Shown here: one piece after another, positions 1-12,155 of the stretch
How the letters are laid out: each line of letters opens with the position of its first letter
How positions within the stretch are numbered: the first letter of the stretch is position 1
DNA from: Albugo candida
Lineage: Eukaryota
Assembly: GCA_040437565.1 (NCBI GenBank)
Contig: JBDOQK010000058.1
Span: 124,001 to 188,000 of the forward strand
Direction of reading: 5' to 3'
Length of the DNA: 64,000 nucleotides
The notes under the pieces: model-generated
The model's input: the letters and a program-made list of their open reading frames with translations, nothing else
What the model was told of the DNA's origin: nothing
The model's database searches: none
Program-made: the position numbers and the translations under genes

Positions 1-1866
1 TGTCATCACCGATTTCATACGGGCTGTATACACAGCGAGTTAAAAAGCGGTCATTGTCCCGTTTGCCTGTCAGTGATCCAATCGGTACATCAATTGATAC
101 TGCCAGAAGGACGGAGTACTAGAGCGAACTCAGAAGAGGACGTGGCGTGTGGTCGACCCACGGGGAATGGCTCGAATTACGCGATTACTTCGTCAGGTTA
201 TGATTACAGCATTCATTCAGCAAACAGTGGTGAGGATGTGCAATCAACGGAGATTTTGAGGCGAGGGAAGTGGACTCGTGAGGAAAGTGAGTATTGTGAT
301 CGACTGATTGAAGAATTCAAAAATGGTAATTTAGCACTCGCAGAAGGAACGACTTTACGTGCGTTTCTGTCAAGATTATTAAGGTGTGATCCCATGCGTA
401 TATCTAAAAAGTATACTGGAGATCAGTGCATCGGAAAGGTATACTGTAACCTCACTTTTAAGAATTGTATCGTGTGTAACCTTATTTCTGATTCTACTCA
501 GATCGTGTTTCGGAGAAAAGATCATGCAATTCCACAAGCCAAAATCGACAAAGCCCGTCACGATTTAGCAAAATTGGAAAAAGCATTTCTTGAACGTGAT
601 CAGCTCAATCGACAGCGAAGAGAAAAACGGCTACGATGTCAATACAGCGATGAGACTTATCAGCCTCAGGTGTTTCGATACACTCAGAATCAGATTCCTG
701 AATCTCACTATACATCTGCCTCAAACCTCACTTCAATGAATCTATCACGCAACGTACCCTTCACTTTGAATACCAATACATACATTATTCAGAATCAGAC
801 TCAGACTCAGGACGCCAGGGTAAATGTGGAAAAAAATGAAGATATCAGTACGATACATCTTGCAGAAGCAAAGGCACCCAGTCTCAGCACATCCGTTAGC
901 GCTATAGCACTTGCTTCCCTTGCACAAGATAGCTTAAACCCCTCTTGTATCTCTCAAATCGCATCCTTTGAGAATCTGGTCTCATTATTCCCTCGTGTCA
1001 CGTCGTTTGAGAATTTCGCGTTACTATCAGCTGGATCCAATACTCACATACAAAGCGGTCTGGATATCACAGAAGTATTCTCAGTATCCACAAGTGACTT
1101 TGAAAACTCCTTAGAACTTAAGAAAGAATCGGATTTTGCCTCGCATTCAATGGAACTACTTCTGACCAATTTGCATCCGCAACGAGCCAATATCTCCATA
1201 GAGCCACAAGATTCCGCATGGAAATCATCCAAATCCATTATGCATTTATCCCGATTTTCTGAAAATCCAGAACCATACGACCAAAAGGACGATACAAGTA
1301 TGGAAGACCTTACGGATAATGCAAGGCTGACTGAAATGAATAGACGGAAGCTATCAAATATGTCGGACTCTTCAACGAAGAAAGCCGCTTTAGAGACTGC
1401 TTCGAGCACAACCTCACTAGAAAAGTTATCGAGGATCGCCTCGAGCGATTTTCTAAGTCGTATCAACTCTGCGGATCATTTCACAACATTTGGTACAATG
1501 AGTAGTACATCATCTTATGGCTCTTTGACGAACCTCGTGGCATTTGGACGGTCTTGTCTACCACGTACTTCTTCGATAGAGGATATACTCTCGTTATTAG
1601 CTCCATCAGAAGCAAGTATGAGTACGAATTTTGGTCAAAATGAGACTCATGAGCGAATACATTTAGAATCTTGGAGTGAAGATAGCGTATCCGCTCTGAC
1701 TAGGAATAGTTTACAAGACGAAAAAAAAAGTGGTATGAATGAAGTGTCCGGCTACAGAAGCTTTGAGGAGACTGCAGCGACGCTACTTACGCTGGAAGGA
1801 GCACGATACATGAAGGGGAAGTCTGATCGACGAGATCTTGACAATATTTCAGATATAGACATGTAG
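1..1866 (+). CDS. 5'-truncated RING-H2 + Myb/SANT-like (stramenopile-type) putative transcription regulator; in-frame intron 439-501
   Basis: Frame +1 is open from base 1 and reads CHHRFHTGCIHSELKSGHCPVC, the C-terminal half of a RING-H2, upstream of the track's GTG start. It continues RRGKWTREESEYCDRLIEEFKNG..EGTTLRAFLSRLLRCDPMRISKK. A 63-nt GT..AG intron (439-501) joins CIGK|IVFRRK. The Ser-rich C-terminus ends at TAG 1864-1866. Confidence 0.75.
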   Translation, partial: CHHRFHTGCIHSELKSGHCPVCLSVIQSVHQLILPEGRSTRANSEEDVACGRPTGNGSNYAITSSGYDYSIHSANSGEDVQSTEILRRGKWTREESEYCDRLIEEFKNGNLALAEGTTLRAFLSRLLRCDPMRISKKYTGDQCIGKVYCNLTFKNCIVCNLISDSTQIVFRRKDHAIPQAKIDKARHDLAKLEKAFLERDQLNRQRREKRLRCQYSDETYQPQVFRYTQNQIPESHYTSASNLTSMNLSRNVPFTLNTNTYIIQNQTQTQDARVNVEKNEDISTIHLAEAKAPSLSTSVSAIALASLAQDSLNPSCISQIASFENLVSLFPRVTSFENFALLSAGSNTHIQSGLDITEVFSVSTSDFENSLELKKESDFASHSMELLLTNLHPQRANISIEPQDSAWKSSKSIMHLSRFSENPEPYDQKDDTSMEDLTDNARLTEMNRRKLSNMSDSSTKKAALETASSTTSLEKLSRIASSDFLSRINSADHFTTFGTMSSTSSYGSLTNLVAFGRSCLPRTSSIEDILSLLAPSEASMSTNFGQNETHERIHLESWSEDSVSALTRNSLQDEKKSGMNEVSGYRSFEETAATLLTLEGARYMKGKSDRRDLDNISDIDM

Positions 1867-3699
1867 CTCCACACGACATGCGTGGATACTATTCCACTCG
1901 TGGTCCACAGAGCCGATATCATGTTTTTGAGTTGTTGGGAAGTATATGTACTGAACAAAGGAAATCTCTCTCGGAACGTTCCGCTTGTGATTGTCTTGAT
2001 ATAGCTTGAAGACAACAATAGACGATGTAATAAAAGCAATGATCATTTTTGCGTGTTAAGCTCACAACTAACTCAATCGCTTTTGTTTACATTTGCATAG
2101 AGTGCGCAAGATAGCGATCCACTGAAAAATTTCTGACGCTTACTGTGGACGCTGGACCGACCTGGCACTAAAGGGATCGAATAAACGCTATCTGCTTGCA
2201 ACAGAGAGAGGGTTGATGACTCCTCAAGTTTCCTTTTGGCGGTTTTTCATCACGTTTTTTTCTGAAAGGGCGCGATGGGCTGGGAATGCGAACAAACTCA
2301 TCATTGACATCGTCGTTACATTATACAGCGATTTAAGCACTGTTATCATACACAGTCTGTGCTCAATGATAGTCGTGTGAACGCTCTAGCAGCAGCATGT
2401 GCGCTGGGAGGAATGACCTTAGGCTCGACTTCAAAATACAGAGGAATTCACCGATGCAATACGTGTCATAACGAGCGTTATATCTCAAGAGTTGATTTCT
2501 TATTCTTGAAAAGTATGATTCCTCGGACAAAACTTTTGTGTATTAAGTATGCATGGCAGCTTTTGTTCTTGGTATTAGTGAGTGGTTTAGATATTCCACA
2601 TAGATGGGAGTGAAACCTTGCTATAACCACGCACATATCTATAGAANNNNNNNNNNNNNNNNNNNNNNNNNNNNNNNNNNNNNNNNNNNNNNNNNNNNNN
2701 NNNNNNNNNNNNNNNNNNNNNNNNNNNNNNNNNNNNNNNNNNNNNNTCGGACAAAACTTTTGTGTATTAAGTATGCATGGCAGCTTTTGTTCTTGGTATT
2801 AGTGAGTGGTTTAGATATTCCACATAGATGGGAGTGAAACCTTGCTATAACCACGCACATATCTATAGAACTCTGGATGGTGGGCGGAAGATCGTAGAGT
2901 AGTTTCAAAGTCTAGTCACTTTGCAATATGTAAAGGCGCTGGTAGCGCACGTGAACTAAACGCCTCCCTCTAAACAATATTTTCAACTTATCGCCATAGT
3001 ACGATTATACACATTGCCTTGCGACGACACGTGCGAGACTGCAGTAACATCAGCAGCATTAATAGACAACAAATAGAAGGCGTTCACCACCATCGTCACA
3101 TTGAGGTTCCAATCAGTGATTTGACGGAATGGTAGCTAATAACACAGCCAAACACAATCAAATATTGACAATCTGGACCTTGAAAGCGAGTCGATTAGTC
3201 AATTCCTATCGCAATTGCGTCACTTATATACAGAATCTGTGATTTGATAGAAAGTGCCTAAATGACCATTCTTTCACCGAATGCAAAAAAACATACAATT
3301 AACGGATGATAGCCATCGAAGATCCGTACACGAACGCACAAAGGATGCAGCAATTATGGTGAAAGGTGTCAGAGTTGTAGTGTACCTTAGAGCTTGACGA
3401 GCGCGTATGGAGCGGGACAAATCGTCATATAGAATCTGCCTGTGTCTAGACTCGATCTTATCACGAAACAGTATCTGGTCATCAATAGAAGTTCGAAAGG
3501 CAATTTGGTTAAAACTCTCAACACAAGGTCACAAGCGATTGGTTCTTGAGAATTATGCCAGCAGCAACGGAAGTCCGCTCAAAGAATGAGGCTGGATATG
3601 AAAACTTCTCAACTTGAATGCGCGTCAACAAATACCATGTATGTCTTGCCAGACTTGACCTTCGACTTCAGAGTCAGATCAAGTATTAAGACGCCTCGA

Positions 3700-4760
3700 G
3701 GTCAGATATGAAAAAAGGCTTTATTTTCACACGAGAAACGACGACAGCGTGATTCGACTTGGCAGAAACTACGACGTCAGGATGCGTCGTGCAATCATCA
3801 CGGAAAAAATGGAACATGCAGATTAGCCAAATCGGTAGCGAGGTACGAGATCTACGACCAGGCCACTCACGTTGACGACTTAATCGGCTGGGAGAGCTAT
3901 CAGCAAATGCGCTGATGGAGGAGAACTGGCTTTGATGGGTAATGAGGTTGATGAACAAGCCGTGTAGATCAATTCACAATGAAAGACAAAAGTGGCGATG
4001 CGTATCAATATAGGAGAACGCGAATGCATCGGTGTGAGTACAGACGAATTACCGAGTTGTGTAGAAGACAAAAGAAGCAAAAAAGTCCCTCCGAGAAATT
4101 CAACCGGAAATGAAGCTCTGAAGAGAGACAACACGGCAAGCACGCAAAATTGGTAGTCAAGATATTTGAGGTGTGCGATTTGCTTCAAGGTGTCCCCACC
4201 GAACAAAAGTTGTTTTCGATTCGTCCATTATCGGCATACGAGCAGTATGGTGGATACAATATTCAGTAAGGATACTTCGTACAAATCATATGCAAGGCGA
4301 AGCGTGGTGTATATCGTCTGAAGCAAGCGCTTATCACACTACCTGCTCTCAAATGTATTGGAGACTAAGGCGATTACAAATTAAGACTTCAGACACATTG
4401 CATTATCTGCAGATTCCATGGTGATCGGACAGGATTTGAATGCTTTAGCTCATTGTTTGGCAGGCATCATGATGATAATGGATGCGCTATCAACAATATG
4501 TTCGACAACCAGTTTGCGTACGAGAATTGTGTTTGTATCAAGTGCTTATTGTCAGAGCTGGGCATGATACTAATATGATTTATGACAATCAGGGTGGCAG
4601 TGTTTTTTATGATAAACAGATAGCAGGGTCGAGCAAGACATGTCGATAGACGCCATCACTCCATTGTGAACAAGTCAAAATTGGAAATATTTACCTGATG
4701 TCACATTTTACTGCCGTACAAAAAGTTGAATACTGAATAGTATGCTCAAGTTCGTGAAAA
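3700..4760 (+). mobile_element. Degenerate Ty1/copia LTR-retrotransposon relic (RT and RNase H fragments); boundaries approximate
   Basis: 4291-4329 reads CKAKRGVYRLKQA (cf. copia RT CKLKKSLYGLKQA). 4578-4598 reads IYDNQGG and 4630-4665 reads RARHVDRRHHSI (cf. copia RNase H IYCDNQGA...RTKHIDIRYHFI). Many stops and frameshifts; no LTRs recognised. Confidence 0.6.
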
Positions 4761-6170
4761 AGCCATGAAATTGTTCATTGTCCATAATAGCACAGACAAG
4801 CTAATGACATCATACCTTTCATGGTCCGACAAAGCGATTGTATTCCTCACAGTTGATACGATTATTCCACAACTATACACGCGCATTGGCCGACTATTTC
4901 GACAAACATAGTTATTGCTCATTCAGCTAATTGATCCCACAAAGCCGATGAACATATTTGTCATCGCATCACTATGAATGTTCTGCTGCGAAGTTATTAC
5001 TGCATGCAGCAAAGTTTGGCTTCACTGCGGCGCTATACTGTATATGAAGCTGCTATCTGTAATTCGAGTACGTAAATGTTTGGTACAATCCCGGGATGGT
5101 AGGCAAAGTACATCAAATGTCGCTACAGCCCGTGAACAACGTTCTCAAGATTTCTTTCGACATAGTAACAATGGCTTGATAAGGAAGCATCTGTAGACGT
5201 ATTTACAACGACAAAACCGAAGTACATCGACCATGATTATGGCAAAGATACTCGGACAAGTCCGCAGCGGGTTTATTCGACCATCGGTATCGTCACTTTG
5301 AACAGCTCGGTACAAGTGCCCGAGTATTGGCTGAAAGAGCAAAAAGAAAAAAGAGGAGGTATCTCTTTCAGCTGTTCCACGGTATCAGCTCAGCTATCGA
5401 AAATTCGGAATCCTCCCGAAGCAATGAGAAGGCATATGATGCTGCCGGAATCGCCTCTCAGGAGAAACTGAAATCACACATAAAGAAAGATCGTTTCACG
5501 AAACTAATACTACCGATTTTGAGACATAACGTTCCATCCAGCGTATCGGATAATGCCAGTTTGGTCTTGATTCTGGTTTTTAAATTATTCAACAGGACAT
5601 GATACTGGCCACGATCTTTTCCTGTGAAGCATTCCTTCAAGCTTCTCCAACTTGGGATCAGGTATTCCTTCTACAGATACAGATACCTCCAAATTAGCTA
5701 CTGATCTTTCAAATATCCTTATTCAACCTTGAAGTAATCCACATCTAGATTCGTGCTGCTGTCTACACGCACTTACCATACAGCGAGGAAAGAAGGAAGG
5801 TGGACATTCATATTGTTTACCGATGTCGCTAGTAGACCCTGTCAAGAAACTTGCAACAAACCGGATCATTAACGAGAACAAGGTCCATCCCAACGGGTCA
5901 GACAAAGCCACCAGCATTGGAGGGCGACCCAAAATATTATTGTGATTCTCAGTGGCCCAAAGAGCGCAAACAGTAAATTGATATATGATCGGCCTCCGGC
6001 TGGCCGTGGCTCAGACACAATATCGCGCTTAACGTGCACCACCTCGCGTTCTGACACAAATTTTGAGCCATAGGAAATGAAGAATTTTAATTATCCTACA
6101 TCATTGCTTTGCCATCGACATGCGTTCATTGACATTCTGATGATCCTATTGTGTGTACCACGCCATTACA

Positions 6171-7508
6171 ATGATGAACCGTTTTCGATGGCCATTCCTT
6201 TTCAAGCAAGCACGCGATGGCGTCGTTCGTCCATGCTCTAAATCAACACGAAATGCATACGCAATAGCTGCAATAGTAGGCTCACTGGCCGCTACTCTCG
6301 TTGCCCCTGAATCGGATTCGCGTACGACTTGCCTGATGTTTTATAATTAAATCCGTTCACAGATTTACTGATTGACACTATCGGTTCATAGATCACACTC
6401 TATCGGAGACGCACCCGGAAAATCCCACAAAAAAATTTCTGCATCGAAATTTCATTGCCGATGCGGTAGAAATTGCTGCACCCGCTGTAGTCAACATTAC
6501 AGTTGTGTCCGGTAATACAAAATAACATACAATATCAACGATAGAACGATTCATTTAAAGCTTGATGTAGGTCGCGTGATGAGTGCTGGTTCAGGATTCT
6601 TTATAGACCCGCGAGGATACATTGTCACGAACGCCCATGTTGTAGACCGCTGCAACCGATACTCTCGTATCGAAGTAACTTTAGCTGATGGGAGTAAAAT
6701 CCCAGCAAGCTTGCATAGTCTGGACCGCATGTCGGACCTTGCTATAATACAAGTACAGCGTCCAACTCATTTTTCACCGAATGAAGGAATCGATGATAAG
6801 AAAACGATCGAATGGCCTGTTCTCCAGTTTGGGTCATCGAGTCAGCTACGACCCGGGGAATGGGTGTGTGCTCTGGGAAGCCCTTTCACACTTCAGAATA
6901 GCGTTAGTGCTGGAATCATCAGTGCGGTTGCACGGCAAAGTAGTGAATTAGGATACTTTGGAAAGAGTGGGGGCGAATATCTGCAAACCGATGCAGCCAT
7001 CAACACTGGAAACTCAGGTGGTCCTCTTGTAAATTTGGATGGTCAAGTGATAGGAATCAATACAATGAAAGTTGAAGGCAGCGTTGGAATCTCTTTTGCT
7101 ATTCCGGTGGATGTAGCTGCACAAGTGATCAGACAATTGCTACAGCATCGAAAGGTTATACGGCCGTACATTGGACTGCAAATGATAAATGTGACGTCAG
7201 AAGTTTTGGGAATCATGCGTCATCATTATAAAAACGTTCCGCAAGAACTAGAAAGCAGTAAGAATAATGGTGGTATTTTGGTAAAATCTGTCGCGCGAGG
7301 ATCACCAGCTGAAAAAGCGGGAATATTGGCCGGTGACATTATCATCAGATTTGATTCGAAACCCGTAAAAACTACACGAGACGTTCTGGGACTCTTGGGA
7401 TTCGAAATTGGGCGGTCCATACACGTTCAATTATGGAGACGTGGAGAGGACAGTTTGAAGTCGTTGACAATCATCACAGAAATGCTTCCAAGTAATAATT
7501 CACTGTAG
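6171..7508 (+). CDS. HTRA2: HtrA2/DegP-family serine protease with PDZ domain, probably mitochondrial; exons 6171-6321, 6392-6511, 6571-7508
   Basis: The spliced product contains NFIADAVEIAAPAVVNI, GSGF, TNAHVV (His), DLA (Asp), QTDAAINTGNSGGPL (Ser) and the PDZ motif GSPAEKAGILAGDII. Both GT-AG introns restore frame. The N-terminus is Arg-rich and followed by a hydrophobic stretch. Confidence 0.9.
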
Positions 7509-8428
7509 ACTCATGGAGTGGTCGTATGGATTCATTTTTAGAAGGAATGTACGAATTAATATATCGTGCACAATGTTTTGTGCTGCATTAGCAAGTGATA
7601 CGCTCGAATAAACGCTCGACGCTTAACTTTTGTCTTCGATCTTGATGTATCGACAAGTTCCATTTGGAGCCCTGAACGAGGACAATGTAGCTGTAGCCCG
7701 TAGAATTTGAGAAGCTCTTACACCGAAAAGAAGTCAGCAGTCGTAGGCATTACGGATAAGATTCTAGGCAGGCGGCTCTGCTTGGCAACTGGTCTTCGAG
7801 ATAATTTGTTACACGTCGATGTGGTGACGGTAGTGGACATCCCGTCCTGAGTAACTAGACTCTAGCAGCAACAAACTCGCGCATTCACTTCTTCCAATAC
7901 CATTGATAAATACAAAGAATCGCTTACTTAAATGTCACATTTGGTTTATATAGTGGGATTCCACGCCTTGCAGCTGCACAGCGACAGTCCATTGAAATAG
8001 TCCCAATACTTACGTGGAATGCATTTCCCCGAGTAAGTTGTCGACGTTCATTCATTCTAAACATAAGACTTATCTGAATAAGTACTGAACCACTACTGTA
8101 GGTGGAGTTCCATATTATTGTTCTATTCAGCGGCGAGTCAACAGGAATATAATAAAGATAGTATCGAAATTCAGACGAAAACTGGAAGTCTCTCATTTCA
8201 ATTGTACTTGTTACTGTACCGATCTCAGACAGAAGGCAATCCTAGCAGTCAGATCTACCAATGACTTCGCTGTTGTCGCTCTGTAACAGTACAACTTAAT
8301 TGCCGGAAACACGCGATCGAAAAACCAAGCAACCAATCACAGGCTCGCTAAGTGTCTATTTCATCCAATCCCTATGCGCTGCTTCGTCGTACAACTCTAC
8401 CTTCAACAACATGACGATAAATTCATGC

Positions 8429-9002
8429 TGAATTGATTTGCCATCACTCAACATTCCAATCAAGTCGACTAAAGTCACGTATCAATACAATGCGTTCTCT
8501 GTATGGCGCCATTCATCCCGTTTGGATATCATTACTATCTCTCGCATTTTTCTCATTCAGTCTGATAAAAGCCCAACAGCCAAATGACCCCCAACAATGG
8601 GAGAACACCGCTGGCATCAAATTACTCCTCCAAGCAACACCCGATCTTGTGCAGTCTGGCATGCCGGCTGATCTCGTTGTCATTCTCTTCATCAGTGAGC
8701 AGGATCCTCTCAACACGTTTGCCGGTCGAATTTCTTTCGTCCTCGACCAATTCGAGTACAATATGACGATTGTGGACAAACGCGTGTATATGACCCGGAC
8801 AGACATTTATAGTCTCCAAATCGACGAAAATAGATGCCTTTTACAGAATGAAGTGCCTTCCGATATTGTGGCAAACGCTTTTTCGTCGCTAACAGTGGTG
8901 GATGGAGCACCAAATGATATCTACAATTGTACGAATACCACAAAGCGAATCCAAATAACCATTGCCAATATGCCGTATCTCGTCTGCCCGTCTCCTAACG
9001 TC
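8429..9002 (+). repeat. Assembly overlap: identical copy of 9103-9676 across a 100-N gap
   Basis: Identical sequence on both sides of gap 9003-9102. The partial ORF 8433-9110 is therefore an artefact. Confidence 0.85.
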
Positions 9003-9117
9003 NNNNNNNNNNNNNNNNNNNNNNNNNNNNNNNNNNNNNNNNNNNNNNNNNNNNNNNNNNNNNNNNNNNNNNNNNNNNNNNNNNNNNNNNNNNNNNNNNN
9101 NNTGAATTGATTTGCCA

Positions 9118-9131
9118 TCACTCAACATTCC
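9118..9131 (+). promoter_or_regulatory. Oomycete Inr/FPR-like core promoter element
   Basis: TCACTCAACATTCC resembles the oomycete YCAYTY-N-CAWT initiator plus flanking element and lies about 35 nt upstream of ATG 9164. Confidence 0.4.
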
Positions 9132-9163
9132 AATCAAGTCGACTAAAGTCACGTATCAATACA

Positions 9164-10747
9164 ATGCGTTCTCTGTATGGCGCCATTCATCCCGTTTGGA
9201 TATCATTACTATCTCTCGCATTTTTCTCATTCAGTCTGATAAAAGCCCAACAGCCAAATGACCCCCAACAATGGGAGAACACCGCTGGCATCAAATTACT
9301 CCTCCAAGCAACACCCGATCTTGTGCAGTCTGGCATGCCGGCTGATCTCGTTGTCATTCTCTTCATCAGTGAGCAGGATCCTCTCAACACGTTTGCCGGT
9401 CGAATTTCTTTCGTCCTCGACCAATTCGAGTACAATATGACGATTGTGGACAAACGCGTGTATATGACCCGGACAGACATTTATAGTCTCCAAATCGACG
9501 AAAATAGATGCCTTTTACAGAATGAAGTGCCTTCCGATATTGTGGCAAACGCTTTTTCGTCGCTAACAGTGGTGGATGGAGCACCAAATGATATCTACAA
9601 TTGTACGAATACCACAAAGCGAATCCAAATAACCATTGCCAATATGCCGTATCTCGTCTGCCCGTCTCCTAACGTCATATCCGTTGACCCACAAAACACC
9701 ACGTTGGCATCGAAGATCGCATTTTTACGAGCCCATGGGGATACCGTGATGGCTGGAAGCGATTTGGCAAGCCCACAAAACATGTCGAGCACAGAGTGTT
9801 TGCCCATTCCAAATCTCTCTTTGGATTATGTTGATCCGAATTTCGAGCAAGAAATCGTCCAATCCTACGACAAGAACGGATGTCAATGTCCCGAAAAGCG
9901 TCTTCCTTGCTTGTTTGTGCACGGAATCGGTGTTCGCGAAGATCAAGAGCCTGACGGTCCGTTCTACTATTGGAAAGGAACTACGCTCGAGGATCATTGC
10001 TGCTCAACAATTCGCTTTGTTCATTCGGATTCGGAGACGCGAGCCTGGCACGATGAAACACTTGCTCAGCGATACTGTGAAGCTGCTCTTGGGATGGCAC
10101 CCTCTACAAACACAACTACTATTGAGAATATCGTTATCGTATCGCACTCTGCCGGTAATCTGGTCGTCGCGAACGCTGAAACTCTAAATATTTGCAAGCT
10201 TGGTCAAACCGCCAAATGGATCGCATTAGCAGCACCTATGCGTGGAAGCTTTCTCGCGGACGAAGCCGAGTCCATTTGCTCAGGAACTACGACAGCATAC
10301 AAAAAAATAACTTACTCGATCTCTCGCGCTTTCGATAAACAACAACGATGTCCGCTTCCGCCAAGTAAGATATCGCTTGTCAGCAAAGAATCGAAATACT
10401 CCAACCCGGAGCTGGACGAGTTGTATGAGAAAGCCGAAGGCGTTTACATGGCCAAAGCCAGCTCCATTTTGTGTGGAGCAAGCCATGTCGGTCTCATGAC
10501 AACACGCGCTGCGAAATACACGTTCCTGTCAATATTGACGACTTCCGTGACCGAGAAGACTGATGGATCAGTATCCTTTTCAAGTTGTCGTGCCGGATAC
10601 CGAGTGGAAGATTTCAAAACGACTTGGAAAAACACGCGACATTATCTCGCGCGACTGAACCACGGTGATTCCAAGCTTGTTGGAATCAAGGACGGATGGT
10701 GGGGTGACGATCGAAAGCCTATAAAGTGGTTTAAATGTCAATTTTAA
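9164..10747 (+). CDS. Secreted alpha/beta-hydrolase (lipase/PGAP1-like) of an oomycete family, paralog A
   Basis: Signal-peptide-like N-terminus (WISLLSLAFFSFSLIKA). Oxyanion motif LFVHGIG, nucleophile elbow SHSAGN, PMRGS, TDGSV (Asp), LNHGD (His), C-terminal KPIKWFKCQF. First ATG is 9164. Confidence 0.75.
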   Translation: MRSLYGAIHPVWISLLSLAFFSFSLIKAQQPNDPQQWENTAGIKLLLQATPDLVQSGMPADLVVILFISEQDPLNTFAGRISFVLDQFEYNMTIVDKRVYMTRTDIYSLQIDENRCLLQNEVPSDIVANAFSSLTVVDGAPNDIYNCTNTTKRIQITIANMPYLVCPSPNVISVDPQNTTLASKIAFLRAHGDTVMAGSDLASPQNMSSTECLPIPNLSLDYVDPNFEQEIVQSYDKNGCQCPEKRLPCLFVHGIGVREDQEPDGPFYYWKGTTLEDHCCSTIRFVHSDSETRAWHDETLAQRYCEAALGMAPSTNTTTIENIVIVSHSAGNLVVANAETLNICKLGQTAKWIALAAPMRGSFLADEAESICSGTTTAYKKITYSISRAFDKQQRCPLPPSKISLVSKESKYSNPELDELYEKAEGVYMAKASSILCGASHVGLMTTRAAKYTFLSILTTSVTEKTDGSVSFSSCRAGYRVEDFKTTWKNTRHYLARLNHGDSKLVGIKDGWWGDDRKPIKWFKCQF

Positions 10748-11646
10748 GACGCTTTCGGTAACGAATAATTATCCATTTTTCATTGCGATCATTGTTTTGT
10801 CTGAGAAATGCTGTGCCAAACCTTCTCCGTCATTTAGAAAAATGCACTCATTGTGAGAACGAGTGGCACTCCGCTTCGTTTTTACCAGGGTATCATGGTC
10901 TCCAAGGTTGGTGATGCGAAATCTGCAAATTTGAATAGAATAGTAGAACGACGTGATCACGTGCGTTTTAGCTGGTCGATGCGTTACTCTGATAAATGAA
11001 GTTTCATAGTCATATTAAAAGGGGGAAGTCCAATCTTTTTGCTCTCTTCCTACGTTGACGTTGAATGAGGTTCTTTGTAACTATGAGTGATTGTCATGCA
11101 TCGATTCGATCCGCTGCAAACTCAAGCTTCTTCCTCAGATGTAACGTAGCAAAGAGAATCAATTCGCTTGATCTATTGTGCCAAACTTCCACTCAAGTGA
11201 AAGTCCCTTGCAACTCTTTTTTATCGCGTTTCGTGAACCGCTATCACTTGTGACAGCTGGTTCTATGTTCTGTGCTGCTACTGACTGGAGAGGCTTTTTC
11301 TTGCATAGACGGGTATCTGATTAACATCTAAAAAGCGGATTGCATCCTACAAAGCAGGAAGAAGCTTGTGAATGACGGAGTAGTGGAAAGATGCACTCGG
11401 TTGCGCAAATAAAGGTACTTAAATTTAATCTGACATCAGAATGAACAATTAGGCTCGCTGTTCCTACTTGCTACGGACCCCAAAAGGGAGTCTGCTGTTT
11501 TAGTAGTGAAACGCCTTATCTGAAGCAGCAATTTTTTATTAGTAGCCAGTATTCAATAAGCTGAGTGTGAAGGCCTCTGTTTTCGCTTCGTAGTCCAAAG
11601 TTCATATTCTGACGATCAGGATCTTGGATAGTTGAACTGCGAGCAT

Positions 11647-11944
11647 ACATTGTCACGAACGCTCATGTTGCAAACCGCTGCAAACGATACTCTCGTATCG
11701 AAGTACTTTAGCTGATGGGAGCAAAGCTTGCATAGTCTGGACCGCATGTCGGACCTTTCTATAATACAAGTGCAGCGTCTAACTCATCTTTCAGCGAATG
11801 AAGCAGCTCACGATGAGAAAACGATCGAATGGCCTGTTCTCCAGTTTGGGTCATCGAGTCAGCTACGACCCGGGGAATGGGTGTGTGCTCTGGGAAGCCC
11901 TTTCACACTTCAGAATAGCGTTAGTGCTGGAATCATCAGTGCGG
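11647..11944 (+). pseudogene. HtrA2 fragment (third copy), frameshifted, running into a gap
   Basis: Homologous to ~6617-6927, with deletions (gaagtactttagc vs gaagtaactttagc; gggagcaaagcttg vs gggagtaaaatcccagcaagcttg). The last ~125 nt match the functional gene. Confidence 0.75.
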
Positions 11945-12044
11945 NNNNNNNNNNNNNNNNNNNNNNNNNNNNNNNNNNNNNNNNNNNNNNNNNNNNNNNN
12001 NNNNNNNNNNNNNNNNNNNNNNNNNNNNNNNNNNNNNNNNNNNN

Positions 12045-12155
12045 GAAATCAAATCTTTTTGCGATGTGGAGAAAATGGGGCAGAGTAGGAAGGGATCACA
12101 GGCACAGATCAGGCTGCGGGATGATTCCTGGGACGTATGGATGTACTGGAGTCGT
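12045..12155 (+). pseudogene. Neutral ceramidase 3' fragment (diverged copy of 18497-18607)
   Basis: Matches 18497-18607 with two substitutions (atcagg vs atctgg; gtatgg vs gtacgg), then switches to HtrA sequence. Confidence 0.75.

Noticed and set aside
2523-2870. 124-bp direct repeat flanking an N gap
   Set aside because: Identical copies abut a 100-N scaffold gap, so this is a contig overlap rather than an LTR or biological repeat.
4900-6050. Possible DNA-transposon remnant upstream of HtrA
   Set aside because: Only short ORFs; I could not identify a diagnostic motif or terminal repeats.
8433-9110. Apparent third, truncated hydrolase gene
   Set aside because: Exact overlap of 9103-9676 across the gap.
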